A DNA stretch of 64,000 nucleotides, taken from contig OU015566.1 in NCBI GenBank assembly GCA_907165135.1, positions 9,982,001 through 10,046,000 of the forward strand, read 5' to 3'. Made by a program: the position numbers and the translations under genes. Origin of the DNA: Oikopleura dioica (lineage: Eukaryota; Animalia; Chordata). Of this stretch, positions 26,349-38,409 are shown in pieces. Numbering within the stretch: position 1 is the first letter of the stretch; each line of letters opens with the position of its first letter. Below the pieces are notes generated by a model. That model saw only the letters and a list, made by a program, of their open reading frames with translations, did no database searches and was not told the DNA's origin.

Positions 26349-27034
26349 GGGATCCTCCCCCGGAATCGGCAACTTTCACTTGAAATAACTTTCGTTTGGC
26401 CTTATGGATTAATATAATTCAAATTGCATATAGAAGTTTATACCTTCATTGCAATTCGCAAGTAGCTTTAGCTCATTTTGAAATGTCAAACATGCACTCA
26501 GGGGCTCTTGAAAAATTCGAATTTTTGAAAAACGCCTTTTAGGGGTATTTTCAACGCGAAATAACTTTTTATTGGGCTTTTGCTTTGCTCTTAAAACTAC
26601 AGGATCAAGAAGAATGGACGCTAATCTACAGTTGCAAGTAGCTTTAGCATGATTAATCAAGTTATAAAATTTTTTTCCCATGAAAAACTTTTCAAGTCCA
26701 TTTATGCCAATTTTCGGCATTAAATTGCTCTCTAGCGGCAAATAACGGCCGAAAAATTTTGTGCGGTCATTATATTCTTAATCAGTACATTCTAAGCTTT
26801 CTATAGACCCCTTATTTGTCTATTTTCGATGACATTGAAAAGTCGAAACAAATACGATTTTCACACTAAGTACAATTTACATGCATTTTTGCAATTTTCG
26901 AAGGCCAAAATTTCGGGTTAAGATGTTTGTTAGGGGGTACTATAATACATAAAAATGATCCTCAGATAACGAGGAATCTGAATATGCGACAAAGGGACCC
27001 GTTATTAAGATTTGAAATTCCGGGGGAGGACCCC
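26349..27034. mobile_element. TTAA-flanked non-autonomous TIR element (Kolobok-like), 686 bp
   Basis: TIR GGG(A/G)TCCTCCCCCGGAAT (18 bp, 1 mismatch); TTAA at 26345-26348 and 27035-27038. Confidence 0.85.
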
Positions 27035-27098
27035 TTAAAACCCTGATAAAAACGCATCTAAGAGTAATTTTTATGAGGGACCTCTACTTGCCCCTTAA

Positions 27099-27484
27099 GG
27101 GGGTAGAAACAGCTTTTTTCCGAAAAAGGCGATTTTTGACCGGCGCTACAGACAAGAGAATCTTACATTTTCCAACTTTCTCCTCAGGTTTAGATAGATA
27201 CATCTTAGATCTAGGAACATCTCCAACGAAATTTGTTTTAGTCAACAATTTTTCGAGTAAGCGGGCTCAGAAACAACTTATCTCTCCGAAATTCTCGATT
27301 TTTGCCACTTTTCAAACACGAATATCTCGAGTCACCTGATAGTTAATTAAATTTCATTAACAGTTTTGTAAACCTCAATCACTTTTCTAGGAGCATTTAT
27401 GAGGAATTTCCGTTAACATAAATAAATCTTATTCTTTCTTTTATATAGCTACAGTCCAAAATCGAGAAAGCTGTTTCTACCCCC
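27099..27484. mobile_element. TTAA-flanked non-autonomous TIR element (Kolobok-like), 386 bp
   Basis: Perfect 18-bp TIR GGGGGTAGAAACAGCTTT; TTAA at 27095-27098 and 27485-27488. Confidence 0.9.
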
Positions 27485-27542
27485 TTAAAAACGATAATGA
27501 TCCCAGATAAAGAAATTTATTTCATAATGAGCGAGTATTAAA

Positions 27543-28049
27543 TCAGGAAAACGAGATGAAAACGTGAGGACTGATATCTGTCGAAATTTGCATTAGGACA
27601 ACCATATCGAGTACCGATAACAGGGCTGATAAGAAAATTACGACCGGAATTAATCGAATCGCAAGTTTGAAGTTCTTCTCGTCCGTCCTTTCTTCGTTGA
27701 AACCTTCGTCTTCCTCACGATCGTCCAGGAGAATCTTGCACAAAAGGATGAGAATGTAGAAGAGTCCAGCAAACATCAATAAGCCGAAGAGAAAAAGATT
27801 AACCGTGGAAATGAGGCTTACGAGACGGAGGAGCCGCTGTGCAGGGACCTTGAGCCAGAAGATCATCAGCGATGTAGACAGAAAGAGCATAATCAGCTCA
27901 AGAAAGGTCAGTGATGTGAAGATAAGAATGGAAGAGTTCGTACGGAGACAGTTTCGAGCAAAAATACCCAGTCCAAGAAAAAGCAGAAGAAAAACGAGGC
28001 ATTTGGCGAAGGCGACGACTAAAATGATTGTTTTCAGCTCAGAAGACAT
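27543..28049 (-). CDS. Intronless orphan four-transmembrane protein, 168 aa
   Basis: Complete ORF with four hydrophobic segments and an acidic loop (DDREEDEGFNEERTDEK) between TM3 and TM4. GC-rich promoter-like block at 28090-28150. Confidence 0.7.
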   Translation of the reverse strand: MSSELKTIILVVAFAKCLVFLLLFLGLGIFARNCLRTNSSILIFTSLTFLELIMLFLSTSLMIFWLKVPAQRLLRLVSLISTVNLFLFGLLMFAGLFYILILLCKILLDDREEDEGFNEERTDEKNFKLAIRLIPVVIFLSALLSVLDMVVLMQISTDISPHVFISFS

Positions 28050-28325
28050 GATTTTTACTTTGGAATTTCATTTTTCAGCCAAGTTTTATACGCCCGGAGG
28101 CGAGAGCGCCGCAAAGGAGGTTGATAGGCGTCACGCTGATGGGAGGAATTACGGAAAATTAGCGAAAACTAGCGACTTGAAGTACTTTCCCTGTATCTTT
28201 ATTTGGATCCAGCCGAAACGATAACTAATTACTGAGCTTTTCCCTTTCCCATGGATTTAGCAATTTTTATCATTGATTTTCGAAATCAGAGTGTATTTTG
28301 TAAATTTTACCGAAAGAAAGCTTAA

Positions 28326-29017
28326 GGGTACTACCTTCGATTTCCCAAGCTTTAACCTTGAATAACCCTTAACATGGCATGGATAGCGGGTATCATATGG
28401 CCTCTAAAAGTTAAACTATCTTAGATCTTTAATCTGTCAGAGGCGTTTTTGAATTGCTCAATGAAAAGTCGGCTAATTTCTACTTAAAAGTAGCTTAAAA
28501 ATATCATTGTTGCAAAAATAGACTGAATAAACGGCGAAATAGCTCGAAAAGTAGCTAGAAAACTCAGCCTGATTTTATTTTTTATGTGTAAATTGAACTT
28601 TCATCTTAAAAATGACAGAAGGTTTTCTTGATTGAAAAAGGAAAAATACCAAAATTAATTTTTTGAAAATTGTGTCTCTATGATTTTGCCAAAATTGAGC
28701 ATTTTTCAAAATTTGGCGACGCATTTTTGTCTCTAGAAGCTAAAATATCTTAGTTCAAGAATTAATGAACTCACCATAATCCTCATCTTGTTCTGAGCTT
28801 CAAAACGAGCCCTTATTTGAAAGAATCGGACACCAAAAATTTTTTCGGAAAAAAATGCTTTCTAGTACAGAAATCAATTAAAACTCTAATTATTATGAAA
28901 ACGCTTGACGTTATGAATGAAACGTTCGGACCTTTTTTGGTCAAAATTTTATGAGGAATTCATTTCCGATGAAAAATTTAGCATAACCGGTCATTGGGAA
29001 AATCGACGGTAGTACCC
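28326..29017. mobile_element. TTAA-flanked non-autonomous TIR element (Kolobok-like), 692 bp
   Basis: TIR GGGTACTACC(T/G)TCGATTT(T)CCCAA, ~23 bp with one mismatch and one indel; TTAA at 28322-28325 and 29018-29021. Confidence 0.85.
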
Positions 29018-29349
29018 TTAAAGAAAAAAAACGAAAGAGTATTTTCAATACTGATAAGGGTGCAATCGATAGGGCTTATCGCATCCCGTCGAGAAAGAAA
29101 TACATTATCTTATTCTTTTTTCTTAGTTTACGATTTGGGTCAATTGGTACCGGGCTTGCATAAATCCGAGGCGTGTCTGAAGTTGATCGGGTGACGCAAA
29201 AGGTGAAGTTGATAAAGATACTTTCTAAATGCGGTACGCCGATGCTTTTAGGACCCACCCAGTGTTTTTTCTCAGAAAATTTTTAAAGAAAATAGAAATA
29301 ATAGAAAGTCCTAAATGCATTATTTCAGATTACTATCCATCCATACTCC

Positions 29350-29372
29350 CTTAGCAACGCCCGGTTGCTAAG
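29350..29372. promoter_or_regulatory. Inverted pair of RFX X-box-like half sites upstream of CFAP57
   Basis: CTTAGCAAC-GCCCG-GTTGCTAAG: perfect 9-bp inverted repeat containing TAGCAAC/GTTGCTA, ~800 bp upstream of the first identified exon of a motile-cilia gene. Confidence 0.45.
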
Positions 29373-30153
29373 AGCGCTGATCTGCGTGACTCACAATTCC
29401 AAAAAAAATCGTCCTGAAAGAAAAACCATAAGGATGGAACTTTGATAATTTTTGGATTTTAGTGAAGAGATTTTCTAGAACGTCGAGCTCTTGTTATTCT
29501 TCAAGCGCGAAAAATTGTCAGTGATAAGATAATCAGCAGGTAAGAAGGAGCTATTTTGTGACTTTTAGAAGACCATTCTTTTGTTACTAGAATTTTTGTT
29601 GAACACTAAATCAGAATGAAATAAAAAGACGCGGAAAAGACAGCAAGAAATGCGAAAATTCGCAAACGAAAAATGCGTTTTGAAATATTCCGAGCATTGG
29701 TTGAATGACTAGGCTCACATTGCTGACAAAAATCGTCGAATTCTACCGCTATGTTCTATTCTAGCGCTCAACGAAAATGCATAGGATCGCTTCTTTATTT
29801 ATCGTAACTGTCCAATTTAGGCTGGCGGAATGTCCCTTGCGGTCGCCTCTCCCCAATTCGGCTTCGGCTACCGGCCTCAGGAACGGTGAATTGTTAGCTT
29901 TTTCATCCTTACATGGAAAATAGACACGGAGGGTGGCAAACACATAAAAAGGAATGTGCGGATATTCAAGTCGGATATCCAGTAAGAGAATATACACCGC
30001 TAGTGAGCGTCAGGAATACTTTTCGTAGAACATGTTTCGGTCAATTAGGAATTTTCCTTTCCAAATAAAAATAAATTGCCAAAAAAGGCGAGATATTGTC
30101 TAATAAAAAGCCCTTTGCTGCTTTCATAAGTCGATAAATTCTACGGCTTTTAG

Positions 30154-33100
30154 AGAGAATATCGTCTCATGCTCTGTGTTTGAAAGCCGCAAGCGGCTTT
30201 TTCTCGTTAAGGAGCGGCTAAAGTCGTACAACTTTATGTCTACTGATTATCCGTCTTTGAATTTCCATAAACGTGACTTTTGCGGAAGTGGCAGGTTTAG
30301 TTGACCTTTAGTCGCTAAAACTGTCAGCTTTTGTTGAATGTGGTCACGTGTTGGTTGAATATTCACCGGTCGCTAGGTGCCCGGCGGATTGCGCTTTTCC
30401 GATGAGCAGACGATCCTTTTTGCAGCTGGAAACCAAATTGCCAGGCTCAACTTGGAGCAGAAGACGATGAAATTTGTTCCTGGATCTGAAATCTGCCAGA
30501 AGATCACTTCCGTCGCCCTCTCGCCAAACAACAGGTAAATTTGCAATAATTTGACTCATCCCCTTTTTCTTTTTAAGGGGGTGGTGGTCGAGAATTGGGT
30601 TCATTTAAACCAAGATTGAGCAAAAACCGCCTCAGATACTAGAATTTTCTTTTAGTTTTTCAAAAGATAAAGGTTAAGCGGATGTGGGCGCGTGGAGTTA
30701 TAAAAAAATTTCTTGAAAAAATTTGCAAAAAAATTGCTCAAAGTACCCCCAAAAAGTGAAATCTGCGGATTTTTGCTTCGCCCTGTGAATGTTTCGGCCG
30801 AAATAATCGGTTTTAACTTGGGGGAAGCCTTATATTTCGTTAATACTGACTTATTTAACCATTATCTATCCATTCGAAAAAAAAGAATTGCTCGACTAAA
30901 GGAATTATTGGAAGTTTATGAAAATCCGGGTCGAATTCTCGACCACCACCCCCTTAAAAGTGCCTTCTAAGGTACCGTGTACCATATTCTTTCAATCAGC
31001 CCCTTTTTGTTCACGCCGCCAGATTTTCATATTCCTTGTGTATTATGAAAAGTCTGGAGTTTGAATAGTTCCGAGAGGCGGGCGCGACGACAAATTCCAA
31101 AGAGTAATTTTCAATTTCGAAAAAGTCCTCCAAGTTCTAATAAGATTCGCGCTGTTCAGTTATTGCTCGTTTACGCCCTTATGGAGCTCGGGTAGAAGGT
31201 TATTCGGAATAACTTATTCCTGATTGAAATTAATAGGTTGTTTTCTAAGAAAATGACTCAGGTTTTTAACTGTCAGAGAAATTATCGGGTTAATCGATGG
31301 CAGCTTTCTTGATTTGACAAATTGAATAAAATCAAAGTTTGACCTTTTCTTGTAAAATCATAATCAGCAGTACCCTACTTCAAAATTCATGCGATCACTA
31401 AAAAGAAACCAGTATCCTTTAAGGGGGTTGTAGTCGGTTCGGCGAAAGTCGGAATTTTCGAATTTTCTTTTCAGATTCTGATAGCCCAACGAAAGACAAA
31501 CAAAAAAGGTCCCTACTTTTTTTTCTCTCCGCCAATCAAAAGTGCCGAAAAATCGATTTTAAATCTCAACACGTGGCAATGATGCGCCGCGCTGAGCCAA
31601 AATTCGTGTGCATGTAGTCTTTTTTCAAGTCAAGAGATAATATAAATCATTTGTAAATAGTATTTTCATGCAGTTAAAAACAGGAAAAAAATGAAGTTCT
31701 GTCCATTTTGATTTATCCTCCCTCGAGATTTTTTGATTTTTGAGACCCGACTTTTGACCGACGGTTTTACATAATGACTTTTTTGAGTTGCTGAATTTCA
31801 TTGGGTGGCAACTGAGGACGAAGGAATGAGCTTCTCAAAAATATATTTGGTTAAAATTTTTTTCAAGTTTTTTACAAATTAAAACGTGTTTGAAAATAGG
31901 CCAAAATGACTATTTTGCGAGGTCGGAGTGTGAATACAGCACCCTAGCTCCTTAAGCGGGCGAGAAAAAATTTTTTCTGGGATGGCAACTTTAGAACAGG
32001 GTTCAACCTCTACTGAAATAATTTTTAGCCTTCAACCTTAGCCGAGATTTCGCTGAGGGCTGTTCAAAAATACCCGAAATCGCAAAAAGCGACTACAACC
32101 CCCTTAAAAGACCCCGAACGAAAGAGGAAAACTGTGGGCAGAACTAATTCCTTCCTTCAGGTACCTGGCCGTGTCCGAAAAGACTCACGACGATAAGGCG
32201 CAGATAATTATCTATGATTTGATGACCGATACTCCTAAAAAGCGAAAAGTGCTTACCAGGGAAGAGTCAGAAACGAAGTTAATAAAGATTAACCGTAACA
32301 CGGATTATTAGTCTAATAACTTTGTCACCTTGAGACAGCTTTTTCGCACGTGTGGAAAGAGGATCAGATTCACGGTTAAGAATGGTTGAGTTCTTGCAAA
32401 CTCACTAAGAACTTGATCCGATCACGCGTTCGCCACTGCACGGTCTACTCTTGTAGAGACAGAATAACCTTATTTGACTCTCGAAAGCCCCGAATCATCA
32501 AATAGCGAGTTCGTTTCCGTCGCATTTTCTCCCGATTCCAAGTACTTGGCCGCTCAAGCAACAGCACCGGATTGGATTCTTTCTCTTTGGACCTGGGAGA
32601 AGAATAAGCTGCTTACATCAACCAAGAATACGGGGTCAGAAATATATAAACAGTTTCTAAAAGAGGAAAAACAGAATTTCAAAATTGCTTCATTTTAAAA
32701 TTTATATGAATCATTTTCGGACCCCTTTGAAAGACCTGTAATCCGGTTGCACAAAATGCGGCAAGTGTCACCCAGGTCACCTTCTCGCCTAACGACAACA
32801 CCTTGATGGCGGTTTCAGGCAAGAACATGCTCAAGCAAGTGAAGTTTCACGAAGGGCAACTCAAGCAGCAGGGCTTCCACAAGGTCCAACCTCAGGAACA
32901 GTTCGAAAAACATGTCTTTCGTGAAAATTAGATGTGAATCAGCAATGACCTCGTTTACGGCGAATTAACACGTTTTCGAGCTTCTTGAAGGCCTTTACCG
33001 CCCACACTTGGCTGAGTGAAGACCGAGTGGTTATTGGAAACGAGTCCGGCCAGGTGCACATTTTGGACGGAGGCGAGCTCAAGCAGACTCTTACTCTAGG

Positions 33101-36100
33101 CGAGCACGCGGTCGGCGCTGTCTGCGGCTACAACCGAGGATTGATCGCTAGTTGTGGGGGACACCTGCTCATCTACGAATGCTTGGATAACCACTGGAAG
33201 GTCGCTAAGAAGCTCCAGACCCCGTTGGTTTCCGACGCGTCCAAGAATGGCGAGTGCATCGTGCAAATTACAGTCTGCCCAACTGATGACACCTACGTTG
33301 TCGGCACTGACACAAAGCAGCTTTTCACTGGCTCCTTGTCAAATGTCAGCACGATCGGTGAAGAAAGCAATGTACTGGAATACATTTCAGGTAAGAAAAA
33401 AGAAGTCTGATGCAATCCGACGTGCATGTTCGTTTTCTGTGCTTTCTGCTAACTTGCGATTTAGGTGGGTTCCACTCCGGGCCAATTACCGGATTGTCCG
33501 TTGCTGTCAGAAAGCCCCTGGTCGCCACCTCGTCGCTTGACAAGACTGTGCGCATTTGGAATTACCTAACCAACCAGCTTGAATACTGGAAGGACTTTTC
33601 TGAAGAAGTCTACACTGTCACCATTCACCCCAACGGCCATCAAATCCTTGCTGGCTTCGGCGACAAGCTTCGATTGCTCAATATTCTTATCGACGATTTC
33701 CGAGTTGTCAAGGAATTCCAGATCTGGGGGTGCAAAGAAGCGAGCTTTTCCAATGGGGGTCATTATTTCGCCGCTGTGCATGGAAACATTATCAAAATCT
33801 TCAGCTCGGTTACTTTCGAGCAGGTCAGTGCGATGAAGGGACACAATGGACGAGTTAGAAGCGTTGTTTGGTCCGCTGATGATCAAAAGTAAGTTGAAAC
33901 CATAAGTTTAAATTATTTTAAAGAAGATTTGTATTTTTCTCATTGAACGAGTTTTGACTTCAATGTCTATTTTTTATGTAGAAACTTCAGGTCAGCGACA
34001 ACTAAATCTGAGTAACTGGTATTTATTTCGTGAATAAAAAATCCCTTTCAGAATCATTTCATGTGGTACCGACGGAGCCGTCTACGAATGGGAAGTCGCC
34101 ACCGGCGCCCGAGTCCACGAGCAAGTCTTGAAGGGCACCCAATACACCGCCGCAGTGTTCTCACCAACCGGAAAGTCATATGCTTCAGCTTCTGATGGAA
34201 CCCTGCGCGAAATCCAGGAAGGCCAAATTCTTCGAACTGTGGATTTGCCTGCTTCTATCAATGGTTGCGCGCTTTCGCGAAGTGGCAAGCTTTTGCTTTG
34301 CGCTCTTGGTAAGATTGACCGCTCTCTTCCTTGATTTCAATTGCTGATTTTAAGGTGGAAACCAAGAAGGCACCTGCGGCAGTGTTGTCGGCGTCCGATT
34401 GCCTCTGTTCTCTCCCCCTTCGATCGTGGTGACTCCTGGTCACGATGCTCCGATCACACGGGTGCAGATGAATTGGGAAGAGAATCTCCTCTTCACTGGC
34501 GGCGACGACGGCCTCGTCATGGTCTGGTCCGTTGCCGATCGGGAAGGCCGCGTCAAGGCTTCCAACGACGCGCCCATCTTTTACGAAGAAGTACTCGTGA
34601 CCCGAGCTGATCTCGAGGAGAAAACAGCGCTCACCGACGAGCTGCGAACTCGAGTGGAAGAGCTCAAGATGGAGAACGAGTACCAGCTCCGTCTGAAGGA
34701 TTTGAACTACACGGAGAAAATCAAGGAGCTCACCGAAAAGTTCATCCAGGAGATGGAGTCGCTCAAATCGAAGAACCAAATCCTCAGGGTCGAGAAAGAA
34801 AAGGAAATCGCCCGGTTCGATGAGCAAACTCGCCTGTCCGAGGAAAAACATACGCAGGAGAAATCTGACCAAGAAGCAAGCGCAAACTCAAAACTGATGC
34901 AAGAATATGAGAAATATCAAGAACTACTAAACCAAAAACACAAAATGGAAGAAATGTTCCTTCGTAAAGAGCGCGAGTTGCAGATGCAACACGATCAGGC
35001 GATTCATGAGCTTGAGGAAGATTATGAGGTAAATTTCTTTCCCTGTCAAAATACACCTACAAAATATTCAGGCTCGACTAGCTGAACGATCTCGGGATCT
35101 TGAAAAGAAGGAGGGCGAGCATCGACAAGCTCAGCGAGAGCATAAGGAAGAAATCAGGTAAAAATTTCCCCAGATGTCGGCTTATTCTCGTTTTAGACAA
35201 ATTGAGAATGATGTGGATCAAGAAGTTCTTTCCCTCAAAGATAAGTACGAGACGAGGCTCAAGGAGGAATTCGACTCTAATTTGAAGCTCAAGGTAAAAT
35301 CTTCAGAATTCGATGGAATTATTGATGCGAGGTGCATCTAGTGTGGCGTAGTTTATGCAGCATATTTATAAATACTGGTTTGTATTTTGTAAACATTTCA
35401 TCCGAAATGTCATCAATTTTCTTGAATGACTATATCTCTCGAGAAATTAAGTTATGGTGCTCACTTACCATTTTTAGGGAGAAACTGGCATTCTCAAGAA
35501 GAAGTTCTCCAATCTCCAGAAGGAAATCGAGCAAGGCCAGGAAGACTACAAATCAATCCAGACCGACAACCAAAAGCTCGAAGCCTTCATTGCTTCTCTC
35601 CAGAAAGATATTGCTGGACTCAAGGTAAAAGCCACTCTTCTCATTTTTTACCTACAGCCGAATTTCTAGCACGAGATCACTGAGCGAGATGAAACTATCC
35701 AAGAAAAGGAAAAGAAGATCATTGAGCTCAAGAAAAAGTGCCAAGAACTGGAGAAGTACAAATTCGTCTTGGACTACAAGATCAAAGAGCTCAAAAAGCA
35801 GATTGAACCTCGAGAGAATGATATCCGTCAACAACAGGTAAGATAAAAGAGTGTTTAATAAGTTCTTAATTTTTGTTTAGGAACAAATTCATGAGATGGA
35901 ATCCGAGCTCGAGCGATTTAATAAGTCTAACACCAACTTGGAGCTTGAACTGAGCGAGTTGAAGCAGAAACTCTCCGCCAGCAATATCGAGCTTCAGGAA
36001 GAACGCCTCCGAGTCAAAGATTGTCGAACTTTGAACTCTCGAATCCTCGCCGGTCTTCACGAAGCTGTCGATTCACTCCAAGAGCCCGCGAAGATGCGAT

Positions 36101-36585
36101 CTATCGTCAAGACAATGTACGAAAAGTACGGACGATTCGCCGTTGGCCAGCCTTCCAAAAAGGGCCAGAAAATTGGACAAGATCTCGACGCTGAAGTCGA
36201 GCTCGTCCGCCAGCGAGAATACTTGGAGAAGAACTTGAAGTCGATCCGTGAAAAGCTCAAGCGCGACCACGAATTGCACAGACAGGAAAACTTGAAGGTT
36301 CTCCAAGACAACAACGTCCTCCTCCAAGAAATCAACGTCCTCCGCCGCGAGCTGAAAATCTCCAGAGCCGACACGAGCAAATTGGAGACGAAACTCAAGC
36401 TTCTCAAGCGACGAGAAAAGAAGGTCGACGAGCCAGACACAGTCGAACCGATTATTTTGGAAAAAGAAAAGACGATCGAACTGCAGCAGTCTGAAATCGC
36501 CCGCCTCTCCGCCGAAACCAGCAAACTGCGAAAAGAGCTTGATAGAAGACCCACTTCCGGTTCTCGCTTGCCTCCAATGGAATAG
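30154..36585 (+). CDS. CFAP57: Cilia- and flagella-associated protein 57 (WDR65), multi-exon; start codon not located
   Basis: Spliced product matches the remembered family sequence throughout: [123 protein letters not shown], ending [13 protein letters not shown]. Confidence 0.95.
30577..30953. mobile_element. TTAA-flanked non-autonomous TIR element (Kolobok-like), 377 bp, in a CFAP57 intron
   Basis: Perfect 20-bp TIR GGGGGTGGTGGTCGAGAATT; TTAA at 30573-30576 and 30954-30957. Confidence 0.92.
31423..32103. mobile_element. TTAA-flanked non-autonomous TIR element (Kolobok-like), 681 bp, in the same CFAP57 intron
   Basis: Perfect 14-bp TIR GGGGGTTGTAGTCG; TTAA at 31419-31422 and 32104-32107. 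Confidence 0.88.
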
Positions 36586-36988
36586 TCATCTGACTGTCTT
36601 TTCTCCTGTACATATTATATTTTGTTTATAAACATAACTATATTTTCTTAACTCAAAATCCCAACTGTCTTTTCTTCTCAAAAGAAAGGACAGTTGTTTT
36701 CATTTTGTCAGGATTAAAGTTAACGAAGTATATTTTACAGAATGAGTTCGAAAAAATGACACACGCTGGTCAAGAAAAAAAGGGTTTTACAGAATTCGGA
36801 AACTTAAAACTTTGAATTGAAAGATCAGTATAAACAAAAAATAGCTAGTAGGTAGAAGTAAAGATGGAAATGAAAATAGGACAATAAATACAGGAATGAA
36901 ATGTACATAGTTAGGAAGTAGTTCAACTTAAAATACAGAAGAATCAAATTTGGAACTAGAATAAATTAAACAAAAGAGAGGAAAAGCT

Positions 36989-38231
36989 TCACCAGTTGAA
37001 TATGTAACCCAGCGCTCGTTGGAACACGCCCGCGGATTTCGTGGGCACGCCTTCTTCTCCGTGGTTGAATGGCTAAAAGAACGGTTGAGTGTTTTTTCTA
37101 GATAGAAGCGATTTACTGGATCTAAGACGCGTTTTCGCTGATTGTAGGGAGAGAGAACGGAGCAATTTCGCATGCCAGAGAATCGAGAGGACGTCGATGA
37201 GTTCAGCGTATCGCCTGAGCTGCCGGCGAAGCTAGAATTACAGGATAAGGGTCGATAGAAATAGAGTTTCTCTACCTCTTTGAAGCCATGATAAAAGTAT
37301 CGTTGCATGCAACTTGATTCGAGGCGTTGTTGAATTCTTCGTCGAAGCATTTAGTGACTCCGACCATGCAGCCGGAAATTATATCTCCGTGCTTCTCCCT
37401 CGCCCGTTTGGCCTTAACAAATCGTAAAAGCAATCAAAATGTAGGTGAAGAATTACCTGAAGATGATTCTCGAACTGGACAAAGATCCAATTCGTCCCTT
37501 CTTTTGGAATCTGGTAGCGGGTGATTCTGCCGATGTTCGAAAAGTGTCGCAGAATGTGCATCACCATATTCTCAGCGAACCCAAAGATGGTGACGCAACT
37601 CGGATTCCAAACGATATCATCTTCTCCCTAAAAAAGGAATATCATTTTAGCTAAAAACGGGGGTAATTTTTTACAGCCAAGGAAATTTTTGCGATGCAGA
37701 GTTCCAACGAGTCGGCCATTTTTCAAATGATCGATAGAATTTCAAAAATGATCAACAAACGATGTTCTAGAAATCTCTAGAAATCATGGAACTTTGTTCC
37801 TTTTTGGCCAATAAGAAACGTTTATGTTCGTTTCGTTCTTTTATCGAAAATTTTGGGCTTTTGAATACTCACGTGTTCGTAAAACGGGTCGACTTGGCAC
37901 CTCGACGAGTTCAAATCTATTTTCGGAACATCTTCTAGCCTCGCTGTGCTTTCGACACATTTTGCGTCCAGTTTTTCTAAAAAAGGTCAGTTGATCAGTG
38001 CCCTTGGATCAAGGCTTTTCTCTAACCTGGACTGAGGCCAACTATAGGAGGCGCATTCTTCCCTTTTCTTCCGGCAAAGTTATTCCTTCGTATTTCTGGC
38101 GTAGATCGGACGGGAGTTCTTTGTCGGGATTGAAAAAGCTCTGAAGTATCTGATCCAGGGTCCGAGAGCTCCCAGTGCTTTTCAGTAAAGCTCGTCCCAA
38201 GTGGATTTAACCTTGAGGTCCTCGAGTCCAT
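36989..38231 (-). CDS. NUP35: Nucleoporin Nup35/Nup53, six exons
   Basis: VDPFYEH|GEDD..SCVTIFGFAENMVMHILRHFSNIGRI..TNWIFVQFENHLQ|AKRAREKHGDIISGCMVGVTKC (Nup35 RRM-like domain) and C-terminal amphipathic end GVFQRALGYIFNW*. All introns GT-AG. Confidence 0.9.
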
Positions 38232-38409
38232 TAACAATTATTTTACTGAATGAAAAGAGTTGAGGGCGTTGTTTTTCTATATTTTTATACAAAAAAAGAG
38301 GCGGAGAAGGAATCAATAGGAAGTGGAATTTTTTCAGAATAGAAATAAGGCACATTGTTATACAAGATGTAAATTTAAAAATGGGACAGGAGAAAAAATT
38401 TTCGATAAA

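Noticed and set aside
26409-31000. ORFs 26409-26741, 27073-27339 and 30713-30970
   Set aside because: They lie inside non-autonomous MITEs and show no DDE or THAP motifs.
34258-36554. Long minus-strand ORFs (204 aa, 165 aa and others)
   Set aside because: Antisense shadows of the CFAP57 coding exons.
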